Shown: positions 30,714 to 41,213, counted from the stretch's first letter. The stretch is 64,000 nucleotides of DNA from Methanobacteriota archaeon (GCA_963719035.1 CAVRAO010000008.1:224001-288000); one strand, 5' to 3'. Numbers and translations: made by a program. Notes: a model not told the origin generated them from the letters alone.

Positions 30714-32664
30714 ACGAACTATGGTTAGGCCGCTCAATTTTCCGATTCAGCTATTGACTGCTGTGACAGGGGTGGTCTTATTGCTTCCTTTGCAGTTCTT
30801 TTTGCTTCCATTACTTTTTTTCCTCCCTGGTTTAGCTTTTTTTCTGCTTTACAAGGGCGCCAAGCAGACTGATATTTTGGAGACTGTAACCTACTCCCTT
30901 TCTCTCTCACTCGTAGTCATACCGACTGCTGCAACGTTCGCTTACTTCGCAGGGGTCGGTATCGCACTGACTGGCGCGGCCATAGGTCTCGCGATCATCG
31001 CGGCGTCGATATTGTCATTTGCTGTAAGAAAAAAAGGCTTGAAGCCGCCCGAGGTCACCAGCGAAAAAGACAAGCGCGACCATAAGTTGGTCTCTCTCGC
31101 ACCCCCCTTCCTACTAGCACTGTCGCTGGCACTCGTGGTCAGCGTTCCGCTCTCTAAATCGTTGATCGTTGACGAAGAAGGGTTCGTAATGAATCCAACT
31201 CAAGCGTCTGACTTAAACTTTCACCTTTCTATAATAGCTCGATTCATTGAATCCCCACATATTCCGCCTGAGAACCCCTATTTTCCTGCGCACTACATCG
31301 TTTATGATTTTTTTATGCATCTTCTTGTGGGGACACTAAGTATCCTAACTGGCATCAGCTCACTTACAATCTTCAAGATTACAGTTCCCCTCCTCTTCTT
31401 CACTCTTTCTATGAATATCTACGTGCTTTGTCGGAGGGCATTCAACAACGCAACAGCGTTGATCGCGATGATTCTGTACACGCTTGGTGGAGGGCTTGCG
31501 TGGATTATAATAATCGCACAAAGTCCAAGCGACCTGTTTCCCTCTCTTATTTACCGTTTTGCAGACGTAGCGGCCGTCAAGTACGACCAAACCTTGCTAT
31601 TCTATTTGCTGCCACAAACGCAAACATTTGCGCTAGTCATCCTTACATTTGCATTTATTTTGTGGATAACGTTGATAAAGGAGCTGAGCGTGCGAAATGC
31701 GCTGATTTTCGGGTTTATCCTCGGCTTGCTCCCCTATTATCATCTCATCACAGCGTTCTTATTATTCGTTGCAGTAGCGGTTTTTGTGGTGTATGAGTCT
31801 GCAAAACGAAGACGTAAGCGCGCCCAATATCATCTTGGTGTACTCGTCGTTGGAGGGGTTATAGCGTCACCGATCCTATCTCTTCTTATAGGGGGCCCAA
31901 ATCAAGCTGAAATTGCATTTTTCACTTTTCCACTTTTTTTCTGGTTTGTCGTTTATGGCTTAGTCGGAATCATAGCATGCGTCGGAGCCTACAAGTCGTT
32001 GAGTCAAGAAACAGGCAAACCACTCATATCCTTCGCGCTATGCGCTTTAGTAGCCGCGAATGTTATCGCACTTCCGCTCACTACCAACAGCTATCGCTTC
32101 TTAGTTTATCTATGGCTTCCCGTAGCCATTTTTGCCAGTTATTATATAGCAACCGTTTTTGTAAAGGCGCCTCGTGAACATTTTTGGAAAAAAACTAAAG
32201 CTCTCAAAATTCTTGCTATTTCAGCAGCGCTTTGCCTCGCACTTCCCACGTCGGTTATGTTATGGGAGTTCTACAACGGCGAAACGTATGTCTTCGCTTC
32301 GTCTGACGAATTACAAGCAATGCAGTGGATTAGAGCAAACACACCCAAAGACGCAATCTTTCTCGAAGAACCCTCCACATTCCCTCGAATTCCATTTGAG
32401 ACCGGAAGGCGGCTTGCTTTTGCAGGCGAGCTTTATGCAATTCAGTATAACGGAATCGACTTGCAGCAACAGATTAACGGGTTGATGAACGAGCGCAGTC
32501 CAGAGATTTTAAGTCCCAACCTCAAACAAAACAACGTGTCCTACATTTTCGTAGGCTCGCATGAACAGCAGTATGAGATCGCGACGACAGTAAAAGATCC
32601 AAACTACTTTGAGATTGTGTACTCAAATCCGTCGGTCATCATTTACAAATTGAAGGGCACCTAG
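30706..32664 (+). CDS. Full-length GT-C superfamily membrane glycosyltransferase
   Basis: N-module LPG..ETV.YSL, EL1 SDLNFH, YRFL, C-domain WIRANTP..NVSYIFVG. Confidence 0.8.
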   Translation: MRKRTMVRPLNFPIQLLTAVTGVVLLLPLQFFLLPLLFFLPGLAFFLLYKGAKQTDILETVTYSLSLSLVVIPTAATFAYFAGVGIALTGAAIGLAIIAASILSFAVRKKGLKPPEVTSEKDKRDHKLVSLAPPFLLALSLALVVSVPLSKSLIVDEEGFVMNPTQASDLNFHLSIIARFIESPHIPPENPYFPAHYIVYDFFMHLLVGTLSILTGISSLTIFKITVPLLFFTLSMNIYVLCRRAFNNATALIAMILYTLGGGLAWIIIIAQSPSDLFPSLIYRFADVAAVKYDQTLLFYLLPQTQTFALVILTFAFILWITLIKELSVRNALIFGFILGLLPYYHLITAFLLFVAVAVFVVYESAKRRRKRAQYHLGVLVVGGVIASPILSLLIGGPNQAEIAFFTFPLFFWFVVYGLVGIIACVGAYKSLSQETGKPLISFALCALVAANVIALPLTTNSYRFLVYLWLPVAIFASYYIATVFVKAPREHFWKKTKALKILAISAALCLALPTSVMLWEFYNGETYVFASSDELQAMQWIRANTPKDAIFLEEPSTFPRIPFETGRRLAFAGELYAIQYNGIDLQQQINGLMNERSPEILSPNLKQNNVSYIFVGSHEQQYEIATTVKDPNYFEIVYSNPSVIIYKLKGT

Positions 32665-32699
32665 CATGCGTCAGAAATAGCGAACAGTTTAGCTTTATT

Positions 32700-33053
32700 G
32701 TGGCAAGGAGAACAAAAGTGAACATCGAGTTTTCAAGCATCTTACTCTTCATTCTAGGGCTGCTTTACTTGATTATGCTCCCTGGTTATCTGATTCTCGC
32801 CGGCACAAAGATGCACAATTTTGACATTATTGAGACACTGACGGTGTCTTTCGGCATCGGCGTCGGAGTACTAACGACGATTTCGATCGTACTTAGTCTG
32901 CCTGGGAGTTTAGGTCTGACGGCCTCAAATCTCGCGCTAGCCAACGCGGCAGTATTAGTTATTGTATTTGCCTGGTGGTACCTGAAATATAGGCGAAAAA
33001 AAGAGAGACACGAGGCTCAAGGACACGAGGATGACATAAATACAGAGAGGTAA
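32700..33053 (+). CDS. Small DUF1616-like membrane module
   Basis: 3 TM; LPGYL..IETLTVSFGIG resembles the N-terminus of 30706-32664. Confidence 0.7.
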   Translation: MARRTKVNIEFSSILLFILGLLYLIMLPGYLILAGTKMHNFDIIETLTVSFGIGVGVLTTISIVLSLPGSLGLTASNLALANAAVLVIVFAWWYLKYRRKKERHEAQGHEDDINTER

Positions 33054-33082
33054 ATAGAAACTACCGCAGCGTCAGCTCAACT

Positions 33083-33667
33083 ATGAAGCGCATTGAATTG
33101 TTTTTTGTTGGAAGAACAAACGCAGGTAAGTCTACCGTAATTAAGGAACTTTTCGGACTGAAAACGCGGATGGGAAAAAATCCTGGTGTCACTAACGTGC
33201 CTGTGCGGTATGAACTTGGAAATTTGATGATCACAGATTTGCCCGGGATCGGATTTCGGCGCGGGCTGATCAGTTTTCGGTCTATGCTGCGCGATATTAC
33301 CGAAAACACACATAAGAAACGTCAACAACCTCCATTAGCAGTGCAAATCATCGATGCGAAATCTTTCCTAAAAATAATTGAGCGGCATTCTAGACCGCTT
33401 GACATTGACCTTTTTGAATATTTGCTAGATCTCGAGATTGACCCTATTATTGCTATCAACAAGATGGATAAGATCGAAGCTCACGAAGCCAACTTAAACA
33501 AAATAGTATCACAACTTGGGATGCTCCCCCCATATAGGCAGTGGATCGATCGAGTTGTGCCTATAAGTGCCAAAAAACACGACGTCTCAGAGCTCCGATG
33601 GCTAATTAAGTACCGAATACAGCACCTAAGTGAAATCGACGAAACCACAACGGCGTTGATTAACTAG
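33083..33667 (+). CDS. engB: GTP-binding protein EngB
   Basis: GRTNAGKS, PGVT, DLPG, NKMD. Confidence 0.9.
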   Translation: MKRIELFFVGRTNAGKSTVIKELFGLKTRMGKNPGVTNVPVRYELGNLMITDLPGIGFRRGLISFRSMLRDITENTHKKRQQPPLAVQIIDAKSFLKIIERHSRPLDIDLFEYLLDLEIDPIIAINKMDKIEAHEANLNKIVSQLGMLPPYRQWIDRVVPISAKKHDVSELRWLIKYRIQHLSEIDETTTALIN

Positions 33668-33897
33668 ACATCAGCGACGAACCTACTATTCCCGGTCGAA
33701 TGATGGTAGCCTGCATGCAACACGATAATAGCTAAGGCGGCGAGTTCGGCCTACGTCTTTCACCTCATTTTGGCCCTTCAATCGCCGCACGAACAGCGTG
33801 GGCATGGCCTCTGCACGGTGAATCACAAGAGGTCGGAACACAAACAAACATATAAAGCCAATTGCCGTCACGCCATTTCTAAGCAACGTTTATTAGG

Positions 33898-35016
33898 TTG
33901 AAAGGGCTCTTGGCAAGCGTGGCACGCGCATTCACAGCTGCTTTCGATTTAGAAGGACCATTATCGCCGCAAGACAATGCGTATGAAGTAATGCATTTGA
34001 TCAAAGATGGACCATCTCTTTTTGAAATTTTAAGTAAGTATGATGATTATCTCGCTCTACAAAACACTCCGGATTACGAGCCCGGTGACACGCTAAAGCT
34101 GATCGTACCATTTTTGCTAGTTAATGGCATAACAGAAGTAGATATCGTAAAGGTTTCAAAGCGAGCAAAGCTGGTAAGCGGCGCCAAGGAGCTCATCAAG
34201 TGGTTGCAAGAGGATATGTGGAATGTTCACGTCATTTCAACAAGCTACGAACAACACGCTTACAACATCGCATCGCAGCTTGGCATTGAACGTAACAAAG
34301 TACACTGTACCCGTTTTCCATTGGATTTGTTTTATGACTTGCTGGACGAAACAGAAACAGAATTGATAAGCGAGATTCAAAACGAAATACTCTCGTTTTG
34401 TTCTTGCGACGGCTGTGACAATTTTGGGATTGAGAAACTGGCCACCCAGCTTAACCAGTTCTTCTTCGAAAAGATACCAAACACACGAATAAATGAAATT
34501 TTCAAAAGGGTTTCGGTAGTAGGTGGCAAACGTAAGGTTGACGCCCTAATGTCAGTGATCGGCAGCGCACATGCGAAACAAACTGCAGCAATCGGGGATA
34601 GTATAACTGACTACAAAATGCTTCAGCGGATTGGTAGCGCTGGGGGACTTTCCGTGGCATTCAATGGAAATATGTATTCGCTACCCCATGCCAATATTGG
34701 AATTGCGTGTGTTGATATCCGCCCCTTGTACCTTATCCTTACAAAGTTCCGAGCCGGTGGCGTCAACTCTGCTTTTGACATAGTTACCTTGTGGGAAGAT
34801 CAGTTTAGTGAATTTTTGCGCGACCCGCGCTTGATTCCAAAACACGCTACCACACCAGAGCTAGCGCGTTTTTTTGCCATCGCTCCCGATAAAACAGTCT
34901 TCCCACGTTTGAACGTTCTAACAAGCAAAACTGACGAGCAGTTGCAGCAAATAGCAGCAGTTCACGCCAAATTTCGTAGTCTTGTAAGGGGGCAAGACGC
35001 TGCCCTGCTTGGTTAG
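33898..35016 (+). CDS. EhaR-like HAD-superfamily hydrolase
   Basis: FDLEGPLS..DNA, STSY, GDSITD, FNGN. Confidence 0.75.
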   Translation: MKGLLASVARAFTAAFDLEGPLSPQDNAYEVMHLIKDGPSLFEILSKYDDYLALQNTPDYEPGDTLKLIVPFLLVNGITEVDIVKVSKRAKLVSGAKELIKWLQEDMWNVHVISTSYEQHAYNIASQLGIERNKVHCTRFPLDLFYDLLDETETELISEIQNEILSFCSCDGCDNFGIEKLATQLNQFFFEKIPNTRINEIFKRVSVVGGKRKVDALMSVIGSAHAKQTAAIGDSITDYKMLQRIGSAGGLSVAFNGNMYSLPHANIGIACVDIRPLYLILTKFRAGGVNSAFDIVTLWEDQFSEFLRDPRLIPKHATTPELARFFAIAPDKTVFPRLNVLTSKTDEQLQQIAAVHAKFRSLVRGQDAALLG

Positions 35017-35215
35017 CAACAAAGGTTTGAATCCAAGCGGTGTTTTGCCTGAGATTCTATACCAGTTTGATCGCAATAGATTTTCAGAGACTTGCAGCAG
35101 CTGGGGCGCACGATTGACCACGCGCTATAGAATTGTGTCGCTACTTGAAAAAATCGAACTCACAGTGCATGGTAGAGCGCAGGCAAACGCGCTAAATCAA
35201 ATAGAGCTTAGATCA

Positions 35216-35611
35216 CTATTCTTCAGGCTCTGTCGCTTTAAAAATCTCATCGAGTGGTTTAGCGCCGCTTTTCTCTACAACGAGATTTATCTGACCAGTT
35301 TCTGCCGAAATTACTCGACCTCGGATGCTTTTACGCCTTCTAATCCCCGCTCTCTTTGGATGATAGCCTACGCCGCCAGTTAACAGCAATCTCTTTCGAA
35401 CCGTCCCAGGAAGGTCTCGACGCATAGCGACGCCATCTTTATCGGAACCACCTGTTATGACGAGCGCGTAATCGTTGAGGCCAAGCACCTCACCCTGTAA
35501 CGAATCACCAATACCTAAACCAAATAGCTTGTTTGCTTGCGCCCCTGTAACTTCCATCTTAAACGCGCTCTTTTTGCTTGGATCAGAAATGATTAACCTA
35601 AAGTCTGCCAT
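35216..35611 (-). CDS. rps6e: 30S ribosomal protein S6e
   Basis: ITGGSDKDG, RRRKSIRG, QIN. Confidence 0.96.
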   Translation of the reverse strand: MADFRLIISDPSKKSAFKMEVTGAQANKLFGLGIGDSLQGEVLGLNDYALVITGGSDKDGVAMRRDLPGTVRKRLLLTGGVGYHPKRAGIRRRKSIRGRVISAETGQINLVVEKSGAKPLDEIFKATEPEE

Positions 35612-35688
35612 TCGTATTACTCTCCTCTTTAGTGGTTCATCTATCCTCTGTTTTGATATCTTGCAGTGTGAAGATTTGACGGGTAGAT

Positions 35689-37431
35689 TCACTTAGCCCA
35701 AAAAGGGTTATCCCTGCGCTTGATCGTTAAAAACTCATCAAGCATCAATCTCTCGCCCTGACTAAGCGCATCGTAGAGTTCTTGCTCCATAACTTTTGCG
35801 TGCTTTTCTGGCACTTCAACGTAAAGTAAGTCCCCCTCATTTATTTGTCTTCCGACCGTTGGTCCGTCAATCGAGACCGCAACTTCTTTTCCTTCGCGTA
35901 TTTCGCTAACGTTTTCGCCTCTGTCTTGCATACCTTTTAGCGTTCCAACTCGGACTCCGTCTTCTCGCACTAAAGAGACCCCATTCCTAAGCGTTCCTCC
36001 GAGCACCTGAATTCCTACTATCGCAGGCTTACTTTGCCTGAAAACGAATCCAGGCAATATTTTGAATTTCCCAGGCCTTACGATAGTCTCGTAGCGTTTT
36101 TTTCCGTGCAATGTTTTTTGTTTTTCAAACCAAGTCTGATATTCTTCGATTAGCCCGTAGATCACGTCACTTACAAACACACTCACATCTGATTTCTCAG
36201 CTTCATCTTTAGCATCTGGCAAGACATCGACATTGAAGCCGAGAACAACTGCATATAATGGGTCACTTATTGTTTCTGCTTCGATGATGTCTCGTCGAGA
36301 GACTTCTCCCAACCCGGCTTTGCTGATCGGGACCTCAGCACGGCTTAGCTCTCCCACAAGCGCTTCCAAAGCGCCTATAGTATCTGCTTTGATTACAACT
36401 CCAACGTCTTGAGTGCTGATCGTTATCTCACGCATCTCTCTCTCGACATCTTCAAGTACTTTGTCGGTATCGTTTGCAGCGACTCTAATAGGTGACCCAG
36501 CAAGTGCATTTTCAATGCCTGGGGCGGCTATCTTAACTCCTGCAGCTGCGATCACTTTTTTAACCCGTTTGAAGCCCCCTGTCGGTTCGGGTTTTAACAA
36601 CGCCCTCACTTTTGTCTTGATTGGTTGCTCAAAAGCCCCAACCACAATCTGGTCCCCGGTCTTGAGAACGCCATCATATATTATGGCGTCAAGCGTTATG
36701 CCAAACCCTTTTTCTTCTTTAATTTCAATAACGGTACCTAGAGCCGGGCCGTTGGCGTGGAGCCGCAAATCCTTTTCGAGAAATCGTTGAGCAAGACCAA
36801 GCGAAACCATGAGCAGGTCCGGGATTCCTTCGCCTGTTCGTGCGCTTGTAGGGACGATACTTATATTTTGAGTAAAATCTCTTATTCTGTCATACCTATC
36901 CGAACTAAAGCCCGCATTGTAAAGGCCTTCTACAAGTGCGTAGATTCTGTCGTCAAGAAGGCGTTGAGTTCTCTCGCTCTGAAGCTTGAAGGTTTCAGTG
37001 AAAAGCATATTGTCGTAGGGTAGCCACCCGTGGATCCTATCAATTTTGTTGGCAGCGACGATGAAAGGAGTTTTATGCTGTTTTAAGATGTTGACGCTTT
37101 CTATGGTCTGCGGCTGAAAGCCTTCATTCAAATCGACGACTAGTATCGCGATGTCTGCTAAAGCGCCTCCACGAGCGCGCAGTGTCGTAAACGCATGATG
37201 ACCAGGCGTATCGATGAAAAGTAACCCAGGAACTCGAATGCCCTCTAAGAGTGACCCGCAAAGCTTTGATATAATGTCTAGCGGAACCTCAGTTGCACCT
37301 ATATGTTGAGTAATTAGCCCTGGTTCTTTTTCAGCAATGGTTGTGCCGCGAATCTTGTCTAGAATGGTGGTTTTCCCATGATCTACGTGACCGAGTACTG
37401 CTACAATAGGTGTCCTCAGATCATTTGGCAT
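35689..37431 (-). CDS. infB: Translation initiation factor aIF5B (IF-2)
   Basis: GHVDHGKT, ITQHIGA, DTPGH, NKID. Confidence 0.97.
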   Translation of the reverse strand: MPNDLRTPIVAVLGHVDHGKTTILDKIRGTTIAEKEPGLITQHIGATEVPLDIISKLCGSLLEGIRVPGLLFIDTPGHHAFTTLRARGGALADIAILVVDLNEGFQPQTIESVNILKQHKTPFIVAANKIDRIHGWLPYDNMLFTETFKLQSERTQRLLDDRIYALVEGLYNAGFSSDRYDRIRDFTQNISIVPTSARTGEGIPDLLMVSLGLAQRFLEKDLRLHANGPALGTVIEIKEEKGFGITLDAIIYDGVLKTGDQIVVGAFEQPIKTKVRALLKPEPTGGFKRVKKVIAAAGVKIAAPGIENALAGSPIRVAANDTDKVLEDVEREMREITISTQDVGVVIKADTIGALEALVGELSRAEVPISKAGLGEVSRRDIIEAETISDPLYAVVLGFNVDVLPDAKDEAEKSDVSVFVSDVIYGLIEEYQTWFEKQKTLHGKKRYETIVRPGKFKILPGFVFRQSKPAIVGIQVLGGTLRNGVSLVREDGVRVGTLKGMQDRGENVSEIREGKEVAVSIDGPTVGRQINEGDLLYVEVPEKHAKVMEQELYDALSQGERLMLDEFLTIKRRDNPFWAK

Positions 37432-37549
37432 AAAAACCCCATCGTACATCGGCATCTGCGCTTAAATGTCTTCCGTTCAGGCTGCATTTTACGTAATAAA
37501 CCTTGTAACAACCTTTATGCTAGAGAACGGAGTATGTAGCCGCATTGTC

Positions 37550-37620
37550 GCGGTAGTGGTGTAGAGGCAGCACAAAGGCTTCCCAAGCCTTTAACCCGGG
37601 TTCGAGTCCCGGCTACCGCA
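37550..37620 (+). tRNA. tRNA-Gly(CCC)
   Basis: Acceptor GCGGTAG/CTACCGC; anticodon loop TTCCCAA; GTTCGAG T-loop. Confidence 0.95.
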
Positions 37621-37795
37621 CTGTCTAAGCTAAGAACATAAAGTCGTTCCTACGTTACTTAGGTGCGCACTTTTGCAACAGCAGAGATATGTTGCTGTAG
37701 TTCTGTCAAAAAGGGCCTTATACAAATCGACGGGTCATCAAAAACGAGGAAAAATGAAGGGACTGCCTCAGTCAAAAGCGAAATAAGTGACGGAT

Positions 37796-38011
37796 TTAGC
37801 GTCTGTTTACTCGTTCAGTTGCGAGCTTTATATCATTCCCTAAGACCGTCTTTCGATCTGCGTACTTCGTAAGCTCAACGGCTTCTTTGGCAACGGCTGC
37901 ACCAAAGTCTTCCGCCCTCTCTGCCATTATTTTTACCGCCGTGCGATTAGCTCGTTCAGCTCCAGCAACCTTCATAATGCGCAAAACGACTGCCAGTGGT
38001 ATCTCTGCCAT
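37796..38011 (-). CDS. Archaeal histone (HMf family), divergent
   Basis: EIP.A...RIMK.AGAER...RKTV...DIKLA. Confidence 0.92.
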   Translation of the reverse strand: MAEIPLAVVLRIMKVAGAERANRTAVKIMAERAEDFGAAVAKEAVELTKYADRKTVLGNDIKLATERVNRR

Positions 38012-38355
38012 AATTACCGCTCTCTCCTAAGGCCGTCACACATAAAAAAGTTGTGATTAGCGTCTTACACACTTTGCTACAATTTGCCCGCAAACGCTTC
38101 AAACTGGAAAAATTAATAACTGGCGCTGCCCAACTATCGTGCGGGATTGTAGTGGAGAAGTGTTAAACAGCGAAAAACACAGCGGTGCCAATTGCCAGTG
38201 GCGGCGTTCTAAACTTGCGGCAGGGCGTTCAGCTGAACACGTAGGGCTTCGACAAGAACTCAGACAGAAAGAAAACAAAATACGTAAGAAAAGAGTCCCT
38301 TAGCTCTGAATATGCGCGTTATTTTCTAGGAAAAACAACGCTATCGATTACGAAA

Positions 38356-39864
38356 ATGTTAAAAATAGACGGCTTAAATGCGCTTACGTATGGGATACTT
38401 GACGCTGGCGTCGGAGTTGCTACAGGAGTTATAGGGTATCCTGTCACTGAAATCATCGACAATTTAAAACCTATTTGGATATTCACAGCTAATGAAAAGG
38501 TAGCGCTCGATTTGGCGTTAGGAGCCTCAGCATCAGGCACTTCATCTGTTTTTATAGCCAAACACGTTGGATTAAACGTGGCAGCAGACTCTTTGGTCAC
38601 AGCAGCAACCCACGGCGTTGGTGCCGGGCTGGTCATAATCGCAGGAGACGACCCCGGCGCTAAATTATCGCAAAATGAGCAGGATTCTAGATACTACGGA
38701 AAGTTAGCGGAGATCCCAGTATTCGAGCCACATAGCGCCAGAAATGCGTATGATTGTGCTTTATGGGCTTTTAAACTATCTGAACAACTCTCAGTGCCAG
38801 TAATAATGAGGGTGACAAGCAGGCTCTTGAACGTGGAGGGTTATGTTGAGCGCGTACCCGTTGAGTCGCTTCCCGTTGTAAGAATAGGAAAAGGCGTCTG
38901 GGACCTTACACTTTTAGGAAGGCATCAAAACCTTCTTAAAAACAAATATCCCAAGATGCTCGAGTTTGCTGAGACAACAGAACTAAATGAAGAAAACGGC
39001 ACAGGCGTTATCGGAATTATTTCCACGGGCTTTGCATCTACTGTGGTCGATGATGCAATCGACAGACGAAGTGATTTTGCGCACCTAAAACTTGGAATAG
39101 TCAACCCGTTATGTCAGCGGCGAGTTGATTCATTTCTAAAAGATCACGACCGCGTGCTAGTCATTGAAGAAGGTGCACCGCTCGTCGAGGAGTCGATCCG
39201 CGGTAAAGTCCTCGGCAAGCTCTCAGGACATCTGCCACGCTTTGGAGAACTCACGCTAGATGACGTCAATCGAGCGTTGAATTACGTTGATGCTGATTGC
39301 ATCTCCACACAATTTGACGTCGAAACACTCGAGAGCAGACACTACAAAGCAGAGATCTGTGAAGACTGCCCCTTTTTGCCGTTCTATCACGCTCTTGCCA
39401 AAGTCGACGAGATGATTGCCGGAGATCTGGGCTGTATCATAAGGTCGGCAAGTCCGCCATTAAACGTTATCGACGTGGCTTATTCTCTCGGCTCAGCAAT
39501 TGGAGTGGCTTCTGGATTTGAACATGGTGGCATAGCAGTGTTAGGAGATTTCGCGTTCTTACACAGTGGCGTTGTCGCGTTAATAAGCGCGCTAGTCTTT
39601 AAGCGCAGCGTCAAGGTATTTGTGCTCGAAAATCGAATTTCAGCTATAACAGGGGGACAGCAAACACCTGTGGTCTCCGACTTGGTCGGCGCACTATGTA
39701 GAAACTACGGAGCCAGCTATAAAATAGTGAATGCAATAGAGATGGGCGAAAAATCGTTCGAGGACCTCCTGCGAGCAACGAAGAACTCTACAGGAGCCCT
39801 AGTTGTCGTTGTCAGGGCCTCATGCCCCAAATACAGCAAGCCTCCTCGAAATGCCGAAGCTTAG
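38356..39864 (+). CDS. IorA-like TPP-dependent 2-oxoacid enzyme lacking the C-terminal ferredoxin domain
   Basis: NEKVA, KHVGLN, SQNEQDSR, CEDCP, GDLGC, GDFAFLHSG; ends at SCP; no iorB in window. Confidence 0.85.
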   Translation: MLKIDGLNALTYGILDAGVGVATGVIGYPVTEIIDNLKPIWIFTANEKVALDLALGASASGTSSVFIAKHVGLNVAADSLVTAATHGVGAGLVIIAGDDPGAKLSQNEQDSRYYGKLAEIPVFEPHSARNAYDCALWAFKLSEQLSVPVIMRVTSRLLNVEGYVERVPVESLPVVRIGKGVWDLTLLGRHQNLLKNKYPKMLEFAETTELNEENGTGVIGIISTGFASTVVDDAIDRRSDFAHLKLGIVNPLCQRRVDSFLKDHDRVLVIEEGAPLVEESIRGKVLGKLSGHLPRFGELTLDDVNRALNYVDADCISTQFDVETLESRHYKAEICEDCPFLPFYHALAKVDEMIAGDLGCIIRSASPPLNVIDVAYSLGSAIGVASGFEHGGIAVLGDFAFLHSGVVALISALVFKRSVKVFVLENRISAITGGQQTPVVSDLVGALCRNYGASYKIVNAIEMGEKSFEDLLRATKNSTGALVVVVRASCPKYSKPPRNAEA

Positions 39865-41022
39865 TCAGGTGTACATCACACCTCGAACGATGTCCTCGAG
39901 CTCCTCCTGAGAGACCGATTTCTTTGTTTCACAAACGCGTTTTACATCGTCAAGAATTTGGCACAGCTCAGCGCGGGTCGGTCTATAGCCTAGCTGTGCG
40001 ATCACGTACTGGAGTGCTTTTTTTCCTGTATGCTTGCCGATGACGATTCGTCTCTTGTTGCCTACTAAGTCAGGTGAGAACAGTTCGTACGTCTCTGGCT
40101 CCTCTAGCACTGCAGCAACGTGTATACCCGACTCGTGTGAAAACGCATTCAAACCTACTACCGGCTTATTTTTCGGCAGGCGAAAGCGTGAGTGATATTC
40201 GACTATTTTCGACAAATCCATCAGTTTTGTGAGGTCGTACGAGTCAACGCCAAACTGGACACGCAGCGCCACAAGCAACTCCTCGAGCGGAGTGTTTCCA
40301 ACTCGCTCCCCTATTCCGTTGACAGTTGTGTGCAACTGAAACACCCCAGCTTCTGCTGCGGTGATAGTGTTGGCGACAGCCATGCCGAGGTCGTTGTGAC
40401 AATGAATACAAAACGGTATATCGACGACCTTTTTCATTTCAGTTACTAGGTCGTAGCACGATGCCGGCCTGAGGGCGCCAACCGTGTCTGCGATGCTGAC
40501 GTAGTCGGCCCCGTGGTCTTCACCCTGTTTAAAAAAACGCTTAAGTACCTCTGGATTGGTTCTAGTCGCGTCTTCTGCCGCAAATCGCACTATTAAGCCA
40601 TGTTCTTTTGCATACTCTAGCGTCGAAAGGGCACACTCCAACATCTCATCAAATGTGCGATGATACTTGTGTTTGAGATGCAGAGCGGAAGTGGCCATGA
40701 AAAGCCCCACAACGTCCACATCGCAGTCCAACGCTTCATCTATGTCGTGAAAAATCGCTCTCGAAAGACAGCATACCTTAGTGTTTAACCCCAAATTCGC
40801 AATTTTTTTTACCATCGCCTTTTCTTTTGAAGAAACTGCGGGAAATCCAGCTTCGATGATCTCGACCCCAATCGAGTCCAGCTTCGTGGCGATCTCAACT
40901 TTTTCTTCCATACCAAAAACGACGCCAGGCGCTTGTTCGCCGTCACGCAGTGTAACGTCACAAATTTCAATGTTGTGAATACCAGTTCTCGGCAATGTAA
41001 AAGGCGATTCAAAGTTACCCAT
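39865..41022 (-). CDS. aksA: Homocitrate synthase family protein (AksA-like)
   Basis: DVTLRDGEQ, HCHND, GIGERVGN, HESGIH; no LeuA regulatory domain. Confidence 0.8.
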   Translation of the reverse strand: MGNFESPFTLPRTGIHNIEICDVTLRDGEQAPGVVFGMEEKVEIATKLDSIGVEIIEAGFPAVSSKEKAMVKKIANLGLNTKVCCLSRAIFHDIDEALDCDVDVVGLFMATSALHLKHKYHRTFDEMLECALSTLEYAKEHGLIVRFAAEDATRTNPEVLKRFFKQGEDHGADYVSIADTVGALRPASCYDLVTEMKKVVDIPFCIHCHNDLGMAVANTITAAEAGVFQLHTTVNGIGERVGNTPLEELLVALRVQFGVDSYDLTKLMDLSKIVEYHSRFRLPKNKPVVGLNAFSHESGIHVAAVLEEPETYELFSPDLVGNKRRIVIGKHTGKKALQYVIAQLGYRPTRAELCQILDDVKRVCETKKSVSQEELEDIVRGVMYT

Positions 41023-41213
41023 AGTCAACCTGAATGACTTCGATAAGCACACTCACAGTCTGCACTTAAATAGATTACTTGCCCGACTTGTGGAGTTTGG
41101 AGGCTTGAGTTAACGTCAAGATCAGCTTATTATGCACAAACCAAGCGGGCATAGTTTAGAAGATCCATAAATTGATAATATCGAGAGCGGCAAATAGTAC
41201 TGGTGAATAAATC

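Noticed and set aside
33731-33760. 5S rRNA-like start (TAAGGCGGC)
   Set aside because: No further 5S motifs such as CCGAAC or the expected helices
38100-38330. Possible RNA or ORF between the histone and iorA-like genes
   Set aside because: No convincing fold or ORF; explainable as divergent promoters and UTR
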